In this document: positions 28,674-38,619 of the stretch, in pieces
Layout: every line of letters starts with the position of its first letter
Numbering within the stretch: position 1 is the stretch's first letter
The notes under the pieces: generated by a model
Databases searched by the model: none
Told to the model about the DNA's origin: nothing
Seen by the model: only the letters and a program-made list of their open reading frames with translations
Assembly (NCBI GenBank): GCA_020723305.1
Contig: DYJC01000001.1
Span: forward strand, 392,661-456,660
DNA from: Desulfosudis oleivorans
GTDB lineage: Bacteria > Desulfobacterota > Desulfobacteria > Desulfobacterales > SURF-7
Length of the DNA: 64,000 nt
Direction: 5' to 3'
Position numbers and translations under genes: made by a program

Positions 28674-29423
28674 TTACAGCAGCGGTGCCAGTACCGGCCA
28701 GATCAGATTGGCCAGTTTTTGTGAACCGGATGTTGTGGGATGAATGGCATCGGATTTGATATCGCTGTCTTTGATCGTAGATCGTGGATCAACAAACCGG
28801 CAGTCTACCGATGAATTCTGACATGCCAGTGCCAGTTTTGCATCACCATAATCAATGGCTTCTTCCAGATCGTCAAGCTGCAACAGTAATGTATTTTTTG
28901 TGTAGTAATACCCCTGATAGATAACATGATCGACACCATCCGCATGCATGTCATTCAGCAGATTCACGCAGTCAACATAGATATCATCAATGAAATTTTT
29001 ACAGGTGCTGGAGAGCTTTCCCCACTCATACCACTGTGTTTTACAATCATAAGGATCAAATGCGATTGCAGGCAGCAGAATGTCATTCCCGCCGCCATCC
29101 ATGATAATAATCTCGATATCCGGATTATCATTTTTTGCAATATCATATTGGCTGTACAGGGAAGGAGCTAAAACCCCGCCGCTCAGTTCTGCACCGGAAA
29201 CAGCATACCGGCGAAACGTCTGACCGGCATAGGCGTGTAAAAAATTGTTGATCTCCCCGGAAAGTGCAAAAATGGAATCACCGATATTCACTACCTGATT
29301 GTTGCCTGCATTGGTTATCCAGGGAACACTGGCAACAAATCCGCAGCCGATCGTGGCAGCGACGAACAATGATACAACAGTAAACCGGACAAGTGACTTT
29401 GGTTTTGATAAAAAGTTTTTCAC
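28674..29423 (-). CDS. SGNH/GDSL-family lipase/esterase, probable lipoprotein
   Basis: Block I VNIGDSIFA (GDS), block III DGGGNDI, block V DAIHPT. The signal peptide ends in a lipobox-like AATIGC. Confidence 0.75.
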   Translation of the reverse strand: MKNFLSKPKSLVRFTVVSLFVAATIGCGFVASVPWITNAGNNQVVNIGDSIFALSGEINNFLHAYAGQTFRRYAVSGAELSGGVLAPSLYSQYDIAKNDNPDIEIIIMDGGGNDILLPAIAFDPYDCKTQWYEWGKLSSTCKNFIDDIYVDCVNLLNDMHADGVDHVIYQGYYYTKNTLLLQLDDLEEAIDYGDAKLALACQNSSVDCRFVDPRSTIKDSDIKSDAIHPTTSGSQKLANLIWPVLAPLL

Positions 29424-29653
29424 GTTTTTTTACCTCCCTTGAAAAAAAGTTGATATCCCAAAAACAACGTTCTTTGCCTTAAACCTCTATCTCCGAAACC
29501 TGTTTAAAAGTCAATATGGGTTTTATATTGGCATAGCATTCACACCCCCCTGAATTTCCCCAGGGGGGAATCAAAGGATGAACGATTGGCTCTTTCCAAT
29601 GTTCATGATATGCATATCCAAAACATTGGGCATATAACTTGAAAACAAACGCC

Positions 29654-30757
29654 ATGAAGATGAAAAAAAGCATCATCCAAAAAATTCAACAATCCCTTAC
29701 CCGCTGGTATAGGGAAAACAGCCTGGACCTGCCCTGGCGGAAAACAGATGATCCATACCAGGTGTGGGTATCGGAAGTGATGCTCCAGCAGACCCGGATC
29801 GAAACCGTTATCCCGTATTACAACCGGTTTATGGAAAAATTTCCGGATGTAGAAAAACTGGCTGGATCGGATATACAGCAGGTGTTAAAACGATGGGAGG
29901 GTCTTGGGTATTATGCAAGGGCGCGCAACCTGCACAAGGCAGCGCAGGTCATCTGTGAAAAATTTCAAGGCAGGCTGCCTGACACACGGGAAGAACTGCT
30001 CACGCTTCCCGGAATCGGCGGTTACATTTCTGCGGCCATTGCCAGCATCAGTTTCCACATTCCGGCAGCCGTTGTTGACGGAAACGTGAAACGGGTTCTG
30101 GCAAGGCTGTTTATGGATGCCACACCCATCAATGCTACAGGTGAAAAAAATCAGTTTGAAACCTATGCTGTAAAACTTCTAGATCCGGACCAACCCGGAG
30201 ATTTCAATCAGGCCATCATGGAGTTGGGGCAAAGGATATGCAAACCCGGAAAACCGGTTTGCAGCGATTGCCCGGTTCAGGAATTCTGCATGGTTTTTCA
30301 GGCAGACAAGGTCGGCCAGTACCCGGTAAGGGTTGTGAAAAAATCCATCCCTCATAAAAAAATGAACTATGCAATCGTGTTCCAGGGGGAAAAATGTCTT
30401 CTCCTCCGGCGTCCTGCTGAAGGTCTGTTAGGAGACTTGTGGGAGTTTCCCGGTTATGAGCAGGACCGGCAAACAGACCAACCTGAAAAACAGCTTGCAG
30501 ATAAGATACGCCGGATGACGGGTATCCGGATCAGCGTAAAGGAAAAAATCGGGACTGCCGCCCATGCCTATACCCATTTCAAGGTTACAGCAGATATTTA
30601 TCTCTGTTTTTATAAATCCGGAGAAATCCGCCTGGACGGTCCAACAGAACACCAGTGGATTCTTCCGGAAGAGATCCGGCAGTTCCCATGCCACAAACTG
30701 ATTCACAAAATATTCCCGATGCTGGACAGACTTGTGAATCAAACTGAAACGTTTTGA
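29654..30757 (+). CDS. mutY: A/G-specific adenine DNA glycosylase
   Basis: HhH-GPD region (VSEVMLQQTRIETVIPYYNRF, LPGIGGY), a 4Fe-4S cluster loop CKPGKPVCSDCPVQEFC and a C-terminal NUDIX-like domain. The start was set to the first ATG, 15 nt inside the TTG-initiated track ORF. Confidence 0.9.
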   Translation: MKMKKSIIQKIQQSLTRWYRENSLDLPWRKTDDPYQVWVSEVMLQQTRIETVIPYYNRFMEKFPDVEKLAGSDIQQVLKRWEGLGYYARARNLHKAAQVICEKFQGRLPDTREELLTLPGIGGYISAAIASISFHIPAAVVDGNVKRVLARLFMDATPINATGEKNQFETYAVKLLDPDQPGDFNQAIMELGQRICKPGKPVCSDCPVQEFCMVFQADKVGQYPVRVVKKSIPHKKMNYAIVFQGEKCLLLRRPAEGLLGDLWEFPGYEQDRQTDQPEKQLADKIRRMTGIRISVKEKIGTAAHAYTHFKVTADIYLCFYKSGEIRLDGPTEHQWILPEEIRQFPCHKLIHKIFPMLDRLVNQTETF

Positions 30758-30766
30758 AATTGGCTC
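30750..30766 (+). repeat. Solo right terminal repeat of the hairpin element family
   Basis: cgttttgaaattggctc is identical to the right ends at 32818-32834 and 63499-63515. It overlaps the last codons and the stop of mutY. Confidence 0.5.
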
Positions 30767-30839
30767 GAATGATAAAAAAAAGGGTATTTCCCGATCTGTC
30801 GGAAAATACCCTTATCAACTTCAGTGAAAAAAAAAAAAA

Positions 30840-31040
30840 TTAAACTACGGTAACATTGACAGCAGCCGGACCTTTTTTGCCCTGCTCAATGTCAAAGGTA
30901 ACGCGGTCGCCTTCATTCAAAGTTCTGAAGCCGTTTGAATTGATTCCTGAATGATGAACAAATACATCCGGACCATCTTCCGGCTCAATAAAGCCATAAC
31001 CCTTGCTGCTGTTAAACCATTTTACGATTCCATTAGCCAT
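30840..31040 (-). CDS. Cold-shock protein (CspA family)
   Basis: [31 protein letters not shown] contains the RNP1/RNP2 motifs. A strong RBS (aaaggaggg) precedes this ATG. The 32-codon extension in the track ORF was discarded. Confidence 0.92.
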   Translation of the reverse strand: MANGIVKWFNSSKGYGFIEPEDGPDVFVHHSGINSNGFRTLNEGDRVTFDIEQGKKGPAAVNVTVV

Positions 31041-31263
31041 TGTTTTACACCCTCCTTTTAAATTTTCTCTTTGTTCTAGACTCGGGGTGCCACTTTGACA
31101 AATGGATCTACCCTTTAGAACGAAACCGATCCGCATATCAAACGGATCCTTATATTATTGGCGGGAGCATACCATATTTTTTTAAAAAAACAATATTATT
31201 TTGCAGTGTATAAAAAATAGGATGTCTGGTATAAAACAGATAGAAAAATGGAGACTGAAAAAA

Positions 31264-32034
31264 ATGAACATCCTTTTAACAAATGATGATGGAATCCTTG
31301 CCAGAGGAATTCTGGCTGTCCATAAAACATTTTCCCAAAAGCATGAAGTGTCCGTGATTGCTCCGGATCGTGAAAGAAGCGCTGTGGGACACGGTATTAC
31401 CCTGAACATGCCCATCCGGGCAAAAAAGATCCTGTTAAACGAACAGGATTGGGGGTACGCAGTCAGCGGAACTCCGGTGGATTGCATCAAACTGGGTATC
31501 CTGGAACTTCTTTCCCGGAAACCGGACCTGGTTGTTTCCGGAATCAATCCTGGTGTAAACACGGGCGTAAACATCAACTATTCCGGAACAGTGGCCGCTG
31601 CCAGAGAAGCTTGTCTATATGGAATTCCTTCCATCGCCGCCTCCATAAAAGGACGCGATCCGATCCATTTGAATGATGCAGCCTTGTTTGTTCTCAGGCT
31701 TGGCGAGCAGATTGTCAAAACCGGTCTTCCGGCTGGAACATTTCTGAATGTCAACTTCCCGGACCTGCCCATCGATCATTTCCCAAACATCCGGATCTGC
31801 CGCCAGGATCTTTCGTTTTATAATGAATACATTGATAAAAAAACAGACCCGCGAGACCAAACCTACTATTGGCATGGCGCTGAATTGAGCAATAACATGC
31901 CTGAATCGGATGCAGATACCCCGAATGTACATAACAATTACATTTCCATTACACCGATCAAGTGTGATATGACGGATTACGCTTTGATAGACGAACTGAA
32001 AATATTAGAAAGCTTCAGTATTACAAAAGAATAG
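31264..32034 (+). CDS. surE: 5'/3'-nucleotidase SurE
   Basis: MNILLTNDDGI and GINPGVNTGVNINYSGTVAAARE motifs. The start was moved to the conserved N-terminus. Confidence 0.9.
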   Translation: MNILLTNDDGILARGILAVHKTFSQKHEVSVIAPDRERSAVGHGITLNMPIRAKKILLNEQDWGYAVSGTPVDCIKLGILELLSRKPDLVVSGINPGVNTGVNINYSGTVAAAREACLYGIPSIAASIKGRDPIHLNDAALFVLRLGEQIVKTGLPAGTFLNVNFPDLPIDHFPNIRICRQDLSFYNEYIDKKTDPRDQTYYWHGAELSNNMPESDADTPNVHNNYISITPIKCDMTDYALIDELKILESFSITKE

Positions 32035-32041
32035 GAAAAAC

Positions 32042-32677
32042 ATGTTTATTACACTGGAAGGAATAGAGGGTTCCGGAAAAACAACACAGGTGTCGAATAT
32101 TGTAAAATTTTTACAAGAAAAAGGACATGCGTGTGTCATCACAAGGGAACCTGGTGGAACCGAAATCGGCAGGCAGATACGTGCGATTCTATTAAACCCC
32201 GTCCATAAGGATCTGGATCCGCTGGCCGAACTGCTGCTATATGCCGCAGACCGTGCCCAGCACATGAAATCCATCATAAAACCTCAATTATCCGCTGGGA
32301 AAACAGTTATCTGTGATCGATTCTTTGATGCAACAACTGTATACCAGGGATTTGCACGGGGTTTGGATATGAAGGTCATCAACCAGCTTCACCGGATGGT
32401 ATTGGATTCAATCAAACCTGATCTGACGCTGCTCTTTGATCTGCCTGTTGAAACCGGGCTTGGAAGGGCTCTGAACTGCCTGGATAATGGATCACGGGCC
32501 ATCCAGGAGTGCCGATTTGAAAAAGAAACGCTTGCCTTTCATGAAAAAGTCAGATCCGGATACCTCTCACTTGCAAAGCAGGAACCCAATCGATTTCAAA
32601 TCATCAATGCATCCAATGATGAAAACCAGGTTTTTCAGGAGATCATCATTGCCCTGACCCATAACTTGAAAAAATGA
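32042..32677 (+). CDS. tmk: Thymidylate kinase
   Basis: FITLEGIEGSGKTT P-loop and DRF motif. Confidence 0.92.
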   Translation: MFITLEGIEGSGKTTQVSNIVKFLQEKGHACVITREPGGTEIGRQIRAILLNPVHKDLDPLAELLLYAADRAQHMKSIIKPQLSAGKTVICDRFFDATTVYQGFARGLDMKVINQLHRMVLDSIKPDLTLLFDLPVETGLGRALNCLDNGSRAIQECRFEKETLAFHEKVRSGYLSLAKQEPNRFQIINASNDENQVFQEIIIALTHNLKK

Positions 32678-32712
32678 CACCCCGGACAGATTATCAATCA
32701 AAATTTTCAGAT

Positions 32713-32834
32713 GAGCCAATTACAAAAGTCTGTTATTGTAGTTCCGGCGAAAATTAGAATCCAGTATTTTCGGCTCTTTTCTGAGCACTGACTTTCGCCG
32801 GTGTGACGCTTTATAATCGTTTTGAAATTGGCTC
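32713..32834 (+). repeat. MITE-like hairpin element, short variant (122 bp)
   Basis: Terminal inverted repeats gagccaattacaaaa / ttttgaaattggctc and inner arms ccggcgaaa / tttcgccgg. It is flanked by direct TCAGAT on both sides, with the right copy overlapping the element end. Confidence 0.8.
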
Positions 32835-32877
32835 AGATTGTTTACAGATCACAAACAGAATGTGAGGAATTCAACAC

Positions 32878-33846
32878 ATGAATGCAATTTATTTCCCGTT
32901 TACCTGTGTTTCAAAACAACACGCTGAAAAATTATCAGCGATCTTCGAACCGCTTACGGTTTATCTGCCATCTGCCGGATCCATATCATCCCAGTTGGAA
33001 GCGCTTTCGACAACCGGAAGGATCGATATCCGGATACCGGTTCAAAAAGATGAAGACAAACTGATGGGTGCATATCAAGAACATATCCAATGGGGAAAGA
33101 CACATCGTCAGAATGTAAAATCCTACTTGAAACATCGGACAGAAGGCCATTATCTATATGACGATTCATGGTCGGCTCAGATCCGGTCTGACATTCAGAG
33201 CATATCCAAAACTAAAACATCTCCGGATACGGTTTTTTCTGCAAGACTTTTTCTGCTGATCGCACAGCAATATGATCAACATCATCTGGAGATGATTCAA
33301 AATGTTCAATCCATTGCGAACAAGGAAAAATCAATCTTCAAAGGTCTGAAAGACGATGATTTCCAGAAAATCGATGAACATTGTGAACCCCTATCAGACA
33401 GTATGCCGGATCTTGGCCTCTATATGCCCCAGGAACGGCTGTCGTCATGGTGCACATTGATGAAACAGGATGATGAAATCCCTTCCAGTATCCTGATAAC
33501 CAGTTCTCCGGGTGTCTGGGAGCATCTTCTGGACGTTTCCCCGGAAGCGGAAATAATTGGACAAGGCTTTCCGGTTCATTATGCGGAATCGACATCCAGT
33601 AAGCAGTGTCAGGATTTAGCCGAACTGCTTTCCTCTCTTCAGACAGAGGAATGGTCATCATCCAATCATCAACGTACCTGGAACAGATTGATAGGCAAGG
33701 ATCAAACCGGAGTTCATTCTGAATTCCGAATTATCCCGGATATCCATCCGAAAACATTTTTTTCCAGGCATACGAAACAACTTGTAAATAACATGAAACC
33801 GCATACGGAATCTTTTCGAAATACAATCATCGGGATTCTGCAATAA
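32878..33846 (+). CDS. Hypothetical protein (322 aa, no recognisable motif)
   Basis: Long ORF with coding-like composition and no TM segment or signal peptide. I recognise no family. Confidence 0.5.
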   Translation: MNAIYFPFTCVSKQHAEKLSAIFEPLTVYLPSAGSISSQLEALSTTGRIDIRIPVQKDEDKLMGAYQEHIQWGKTHRQNVKSYLKHRTEGHYLYDDSWSAQIRSDIQSISKTKTSPDTVFSARLFLLIAQQYDQHHLEMIQNVQSIANKEKSIFKGLKDDDFQKIDEHCEPLSDSMPDLGLYMPQERLSSWCTLMKQDDEIPSSILITSSPGVWEHLLDVSPEAEIIGQGFPVHYAESTSSKQCQDLAELLSSLQTEEWSSSNHQRTWNRLIGKDQTGVHSEFRIIPDIHPKTFFSRHTKQLVNNMKPHTESFRNTIIGILQ

Positions 33847-33923
33847 ATTATACAATAACAATCAGATGAACAGATATGTAAAGGCAAGATCGTTTCGCTA
33901 TTTGAAAAAAAACAGAAGAAAGC

Positions 33924-33950
33924 TTGACTCAGCAAATTAACTAGTATAAT
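33924..33950 (+). promoter_or_regulatory. Candidate sigma-70 promoter of the ferredoxin gene
   Basis: A consensus TTGACT and a consensus TATAAT, but with a short 15-nt spacer. It lies about 85 nt upstream of the ATG. Confidence 0.35.
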
Positions 33951-34032
33951 CAGTTTTCTCTATAATCGTGAATAATGCATGGTTGGATTAAGATAACCTA
34001 TTTATTTTTTTAACTTATAAGGAGGATTCATA

Positions 34033-34221
34033 ATGGCATTTAATCCTATCGTTGATGCGGAAAAATGTGCAGGTTGCGAAGAATGTGTAGATGTATGTCC
34101 TGTAGAAGTTTTTGAGATGAAAAATGAAAAATCTGTACCTGTTAACGCTGAAGAATGTTTAGGCTGTGAGAGCTGCGTTGAAGTTTGTGAAGAAGACGCC
34201 ATCACAATCGAGGAAACCTAA
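34033..34221 (+). CDS. 2x[4Fe-4S] ferredoxin
   Basis: CAGCEECVDVCP and CLGCESCVEVCE cluster motifs in 62 aa. Strong RBS (aaggagg). Confidence 0.88.
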   Translation: MAFNPIVDAEKCAGCEECVDVCPVEVFEMKNEKSVPVNAEECLGCESCVEVCEEDAITIEET

Positions 34222-34228
34222 AAACAAT

Positions 34229-34267
34229 CCCCCGGCCTTTTTTTATCGATTAGACCGGGGGTTTTTA
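34229..34267 (+). terminator. Rho-independent terminator after the ferredoxin gene
   Basis: The cccccgg ... ccggggg stem is followed by a T5 run. Confidence 0.6.
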
Positions 34268-34317
34268 TTCTTAGTCGCCTCTTTCCCTCATCAACCGATA
34301 AAATATTCCCTTCCATT

Positions 34318-35610
34318 ATGAATAAAATAAAAAGTCATGGTGAGCTTTTTTTCCCTGTAATGGCCGTTATCCGGCAAGACCTGTATCGAGCCCCGGAAAT
34401 GGATATTCAGCGTCGAGTATGGGAAACACTTAAAAACTGCATTCCAAAACAGCGGGTCACCCCTGGAGAGACTGTTGCCGTAGCTGTAGGAAGCAGGGGA
34501 ATTCATCATCTCAATATTATCGTAAAGGAAACCATTTGTTTTTTGCTTCATCTTGGGCTGAATCCCATCATTGTCCCGGCTATGGGGAGTCATGGCGGTG
34601 GAACTCCTGAATCTCAAGAGTCGCTATTAAATTCCTATGGGATTTCTCAATCCTCCATGGGTGTACCGGTTGTATCGGACATGGATGTAAAAGAGATTGG
34701 AACCCTGAATGAAAAAACACGCATCTTCTTTTCTGCAGCCGCCCATTCTTGTGACCATATCGTTGTAATCAACCGGATCAAGCCACACACAAAATTCCGT
34801 GCAGAAATCGAAAGCGGAATATGCAAAATGATGGTTGTGGGATTAGGTAAAAAGCATGGCGCTGTTGAAATCCATCAAAAGGCAATCCACCACTCTTTTA
34901 AAATTATTGAAGAGGCGGCTTGTTTTATCCTGAAAAATTGCAGCATCCTGTGTGGCATCGGAATCGTTGAAGATGGGTACGGCAAGCCGGCCCATATCGA
35001 GGCAATACCCCCGGATATATTGATTGACCGCGAAAAAATCCTCTTACAAAAAGCCAATCAGCATCTGGCCCGTATTCCCTTTCAAGAAATTGATATCCTG
35101 ATTATTGATCATATCGGCAAGGATATCAGTGGAATCGGTATGGACTCCAATGTTACCGGACGTCACCGGGACATCACTGGTGATTTTCAAATCTACCCCC
35201 ATGTGAAACGAATTTTTGTGCGAGACCTTTCACCAAATTCCGATGGTAATGGAAATGGAATCGGCCTTGCCGACTTTACAACAAAAAGGCTTGTAGAAGC
35301 ACTTGATTTGAAAAAAACCTATACCAATTCGATTGCAGCCATTTCTCCGGAAAAAGCAGCCATTCCCGTTTATCTTGAATCTGATTTTCTGGCCTTGGAA
35401 GCCTGTATGCAGACATGCGGAGCCCAATCAACAGATTCTGCATGTATCATCCGGATTCAAAACACTAAGGATTTGGAATACATACAGATATCAAAAACAT
35501 TAGAAAAAGAAGCCAAAGAAAAAAACATGATTCATTTTATCACTCCGTGGCAACCCATACAGTTTTCTGCCGACGGCAATCTGTTTGATTTTCAATCCTT
35601 GCTGCCCTGA
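34318..35610 (+). CDS. LarA-like (DUF2088-type) domain protein, tentative
   Basis: 430 aa. VAVAVGSRGI...IVPAMGSHGGGTPESQESLLNSYGI and RIKPHTKFRAEIESGICKMMVVGLGK resemble the N-terminal layout of the lactate-racemase family. Resemblance only. Confidence 0.4.
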   Translation: MNKIKSHGELFFPVMAVIRQDLYRAPEMDIQRRVWETLKNCIPKQRVTPGETVAVAVGSRGIHHLNIIVKETICFLLHLGLNPIIVPAMGSHGGGTPESQESLLNSYGISQSSMGVPVVSDMDVKEIGTLNEKTRIFFSAAAHSCDHIVVINRIKPHTKFRAEIESGICKMMVVGLGKKHGAVEIHQKAIHHSFKIIEEAACFILKNCSILCGIGIVEDGYGKPAHIEAIPPDILIDREKILLQKANQHLARIPFQEIDILIIDHIGKDISGIGMDSNVTGRHRDITGDFQIYPHVKRIFVRDLSPNSDGNGNGIGLADFTTKRLVEALDLKKTYTNSIAAISPEKAAIPVYLESDFLALEACMQTCGAQSTDSACIIRIQNTKDLEYIQISKTLEKEAKEKNMIHFITPWQPIQFSADGNLFDFQSLLP

Positions 35611-35906
35611 TCCAGCCAACCGTTTCGTTTATCCGATTGATTTAATGCTGTTATTTTTTCAAAGTTTTTAGAAAATCCGCATATTTTTTCTTTTATCTTT
35701 TGACACGGATAGAGAATTCACATATAGCATAAATAAAGAAAACGTAATTCCGAAAGGTTAACAATGTTAAAATGCGATACCTTTAAGTGATTATTTTACG
35801 ATAACATATTATAAATAAAAATAAATAATGGATTAGCGTTCATCGTGCAATCCAGAATTATGCTCCTTTGATGCCACATATAGCCAATACCCGGAGGACG
35901 TAAACG

Positions 35907-36749
35907 ATGAAATATTTTCTTTGTTTTATCTTTCTACCTATATTTGTAGTAGTAAACGCTGCCTTTTGTGCGCAGGTAGGAAACATTTCCGACCCAGCCT
36001 CTTTATCCCAGGGCAGACTCTCTGGTGAGAGGCCATATGCTCTCATGGCAGGTATTGAAAGTGATTTTGTGTCCGGAAAAAGATTTAACGAACAGACCAA
36101 TAAATTTAAATTCAATTTTTACGGCATGAAAATCGGCAGTATAATCCGGGACAGACTTTATGTATATGGGATTGTAGGAATGGGTGAAATGAAAGACAAA
36201 AAAATAATTTATGATTATGATCCGGATAAAGATGTTGCAGATGTCCGGATTGAATATGTTGACCTTCAAACAGACCAGAACTTGGTTTTTGGCGCAGGAA
36301 TAACGGCAATCATGCATGAAGAAAAACTGGATGAAGATGTTTTTTTCAGAATCGGCTTTGATGCAAAATATCGAAGAATCAGCTTTGACTCAAACAATAC
36401 TAAAGTAATCCTTACAAACTGGGCCGAAAACGGCGCTATTCAGTCCTACCCTGCTTCCTATGCCATGAATGTCAATGAATTCCAGGGAGCCATCGTTGCT
36501 TCATACCAGTATGAAAAAATTGCCCCTTATATCGGTTACAGAATATCGGACTGGAATGGCGAAGAAGAAATTGTGGTTAACAGTTTTACCGAAGGCAATA
36601 TTAATTATAATGGCAGCCTTGAAACAAACGGACAAAAAGGGTATTTTATCGGAATCACCTATTACATCTCAAAAGCATTTTCCATTGGATTAGAAGGCAG
36701 GGAGAGAGATGAAGAAGCCCTGAACCTGACCGCACAAATGAGATTTTGA
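35907..36749 (+). CDS. Outer-membrane beta-barrel protein
   Basis: Signal peptide MKYFLCFIFLPIFVVVNAAFCAQ, an alternating amphipathic pattern, aromatic-rich strands, and a C-terminal ...LTAQMRF ending in Phe. Confidence 0.6.
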   Translation: MKYFLCFIFLPIFVVVNAAFCAQVGNISDPASLSQGRLSGERPYALMAGIESDFVSGKRFNEQTNKFKFNFYGMKIGSIIRDRLYVYGIVGMGEMKDKKIIYDYDPDKDVADVRIEYVDLQTDQNLVFGAGITAIMHEEKLDEDVFFRIGFDAKYRRISFDSNNTKVILTNWAENGAIQSYPASYAMNVNEFQGAIVASYQYEKIAPYIGYRISDWNGEEEIVVNSFTEGNINYNGSLETNGQKGYFIGITYYISKAFSIGLEGRERDEEALNLTAQMRF

Positions 36750-36760
36750 TCCATTAACAC

Positions 36761-36796
36761 ACCTGATTTTTATTTCCTGACCCAAATCAGGTTTTT
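36761..36796 (+). terminator. Rho-independent terminator after the OMP gene
   Basis: acctgattt ... aaatcaggt forms a 9-bp stem followed by tttt. Confidence 0.6.
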
Positions 36797-36941
36797 CCAA
36801 TTCAATTTGACTCATTATTTAATTGTCAGTTTCACGAAATAATGCTATCGTCCCCCAAAATAAATACAACAATGGTTTCAGAATCTTGTACAGGAAGCAT
36901 CCAAAGCAATCACGTATCTTTATTTTCGGGGAGGTTATTCT

Positions 36942-38606
36942 ATGTGGCATACGCTGAGCATTGCAAAAAAGATCTGGTTCAGTATTATTATTCTGATAAT
37001 CGGATACTTTATTTCAATGATCTTCGGGTTTTCAAGAGGGGTTCAGACTGAATCACTCCTCCTGGATGTTTCAAACTCGCTTTTTCCGGCATCTCAGCAA
37101 AGTCAGGCAGCCTTAACCGCATTCAAGGAACAGATAAAATTTTATGAGAATGTCGTTATCATCGGAGACAGTTCTTCTATCGAGACCGCTAAAAAAAAGT
37201 CATTAGAAACAATAGAGAATCTTCAGGCCATTCTTGACAAATCCAACATCTCTGGAGAAAAAACAATTGAAGTGAAAAACCTGATTCAGCTTCACTCTGA
37301 TTTCACTAAAACCGCCAATGCCGTATATGGCTCCTTGAACACAGATACGGAAGGTAACTCCAATAATACAAAAACCGCAGAACTGGCTGACCAAACCAAA
37401 ATCATTTTAAACCGTCTGGAAATATTAACCAACTCATTCTCAGAAGAGCTCAGGTCAAATCTTTCCAGCGTTCGAAATGCCACCAAAAAACTTCGAATTC
37501 TCAACCTGACCCTGTTTTTTGTTGTCGCTATCGGTGCATCGATCCTTATTTTCTTTATTGTAAAAAAATCCATCAGCGAACCCCTCATCAAAACGGTTAA
37601 AATGATTCGCGATATTGCCGAGGGTGAGGGAGATCTGACAAAACGGCTGCATGTCTCCAGCAAAGATGAAGTAGGAGATTTATCACAATGGTTCAATACA
37701 TTCATCAACAACCTTCAAGGAATGATCCAGAATATTGTTGAAAATGCAGATATTTTGAAAACCGCTTCCAAAGAGCTTACCGATCTTTCTTCTCTGATGA
37801 GTGATGGCGCAAATCAGATGTCCATGAAATCCAATACAGTGGCATCTGCCGCAGAAGAGATGAACTATAATATGGATTCTGTTGCCGCAGCAATGGAAGA
37901 GGCTTCGACCAATACAGGAATGGTTGCAACCGCTGCTGAACAGATGACCTCAACAATCAACGAAATCGCACAGAATTCGGAAAAAGCGGCAATCATAACG
38001 AGTGAAGCTGTCACCCAGGCCAAGAAAGCTTCAGACAGGGTAGCAGAGCTAGGGGTTGCCGCACAGGAAGTAGGAAAAGTTACAGAAGCCATTACGGAAA
38101 TTTCAGAACAGACCAACCTTCTGGCCCTCAATGCAACAATCGAAGCAGCCCGTGCCGGCGATGCAGGAAAAGGTTTTGCAGTTGTTGCCAATGAAATTAA
38201 AGAACTCGCACGGCAAACCGCAGAAGCCACACATGACATTAAACAAAAAATTGAAGGCATCCAGGGAACAACCGCCGGAACCGTATCCGATATTGAACAG
38301 ATTTCCAAGATCATTAACGATGTGAATGAAATCGTTTCCACCATTGCAACTGCGGTTGAAGAACAATCTGTAACAACAAAGGAGATTGCAAGTAACGTGG
38401 TTCAAGTTTCCGGCGGTATTCATGATGTAAATGAAAATGTCGCACAAAGTTCAACCGTAGCCGGACAGATTGCCGGTGATATCGCAGAAGTCAACCAGGC
38501 GGCCAATGAAATGTCCAATAGCAGTTCACAATTGAACATCAATGCGGAAAAATTGACCAATCTTGCTGTTCAACTCAATGATCTTGTAGGCAAATTCAAG
38601 ATTTAG
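36942..38606 (+). CDS. Methyl-accepting chemotaxis protein (TM-sensor-TM-HAMP-signalling domain)
   Basis: Two TM segments, a HAMP region ([23 protein letters not shown]) and the highly conserved hairpin tip [30 protein letters not shown]. Confidence 0.92.
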   Translation: MWHTLSIAKKIWFSIIILIIGYFISMIFGFSRGVQTESLLLDVSNSLFPASQQSQAALTAFKEQIKFYENVVIIGDSSSIETAKKKSLETIENLQAILDKSNISGEKTIEVKNLIQLHSDFTKTANAVYGSLNTDTEGNSNNTKTAELADQTKIILNRLEILTNSFSEELRSNLSSVRNATKKLRILNLTLFFVVAIGASILIFFIVKKSISEPLIKTVKMIRDIAEGEGDLTKRLHVSSKDEVGDLSQWFNTFINNLQGMIQNIVENADILKTASKELTDLSSLMSDGANQMSMKSNTVASAAEEMNYNMDSVAAAMEEASTNTGMVATAAEQMTSTINEIAQNSEKAAIITSEAVTQAKKASDRVAELGVAAQEVGKVTEAITEISEQTNLLALNATIEAARAGDAGKGFAVVANEIKELARQTAEATHDIKQKIEGIQGTTAGTVSDIEQISKIINDVNEIVSTIATAVEEQSVTTKEIASNVVQVSGGIHDVNENVAQSSTVAGQIAGDIAEVNQAANEMSNSSSQLNINAEKLTNLAVQLNDLVGKFKI

Positions 38607-38619
38607 TGTAAAACCGTCC

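Noticed and set aside
37865-38344. A 159-aa minus-strand ORF, and a 114-aa one at 38103..38447.
   Set aside because: Both are antisense shadows of the highly conserved MCP signalling domain. Their Ala/Ser-rich low-complexity sequence is typical of such shadows.
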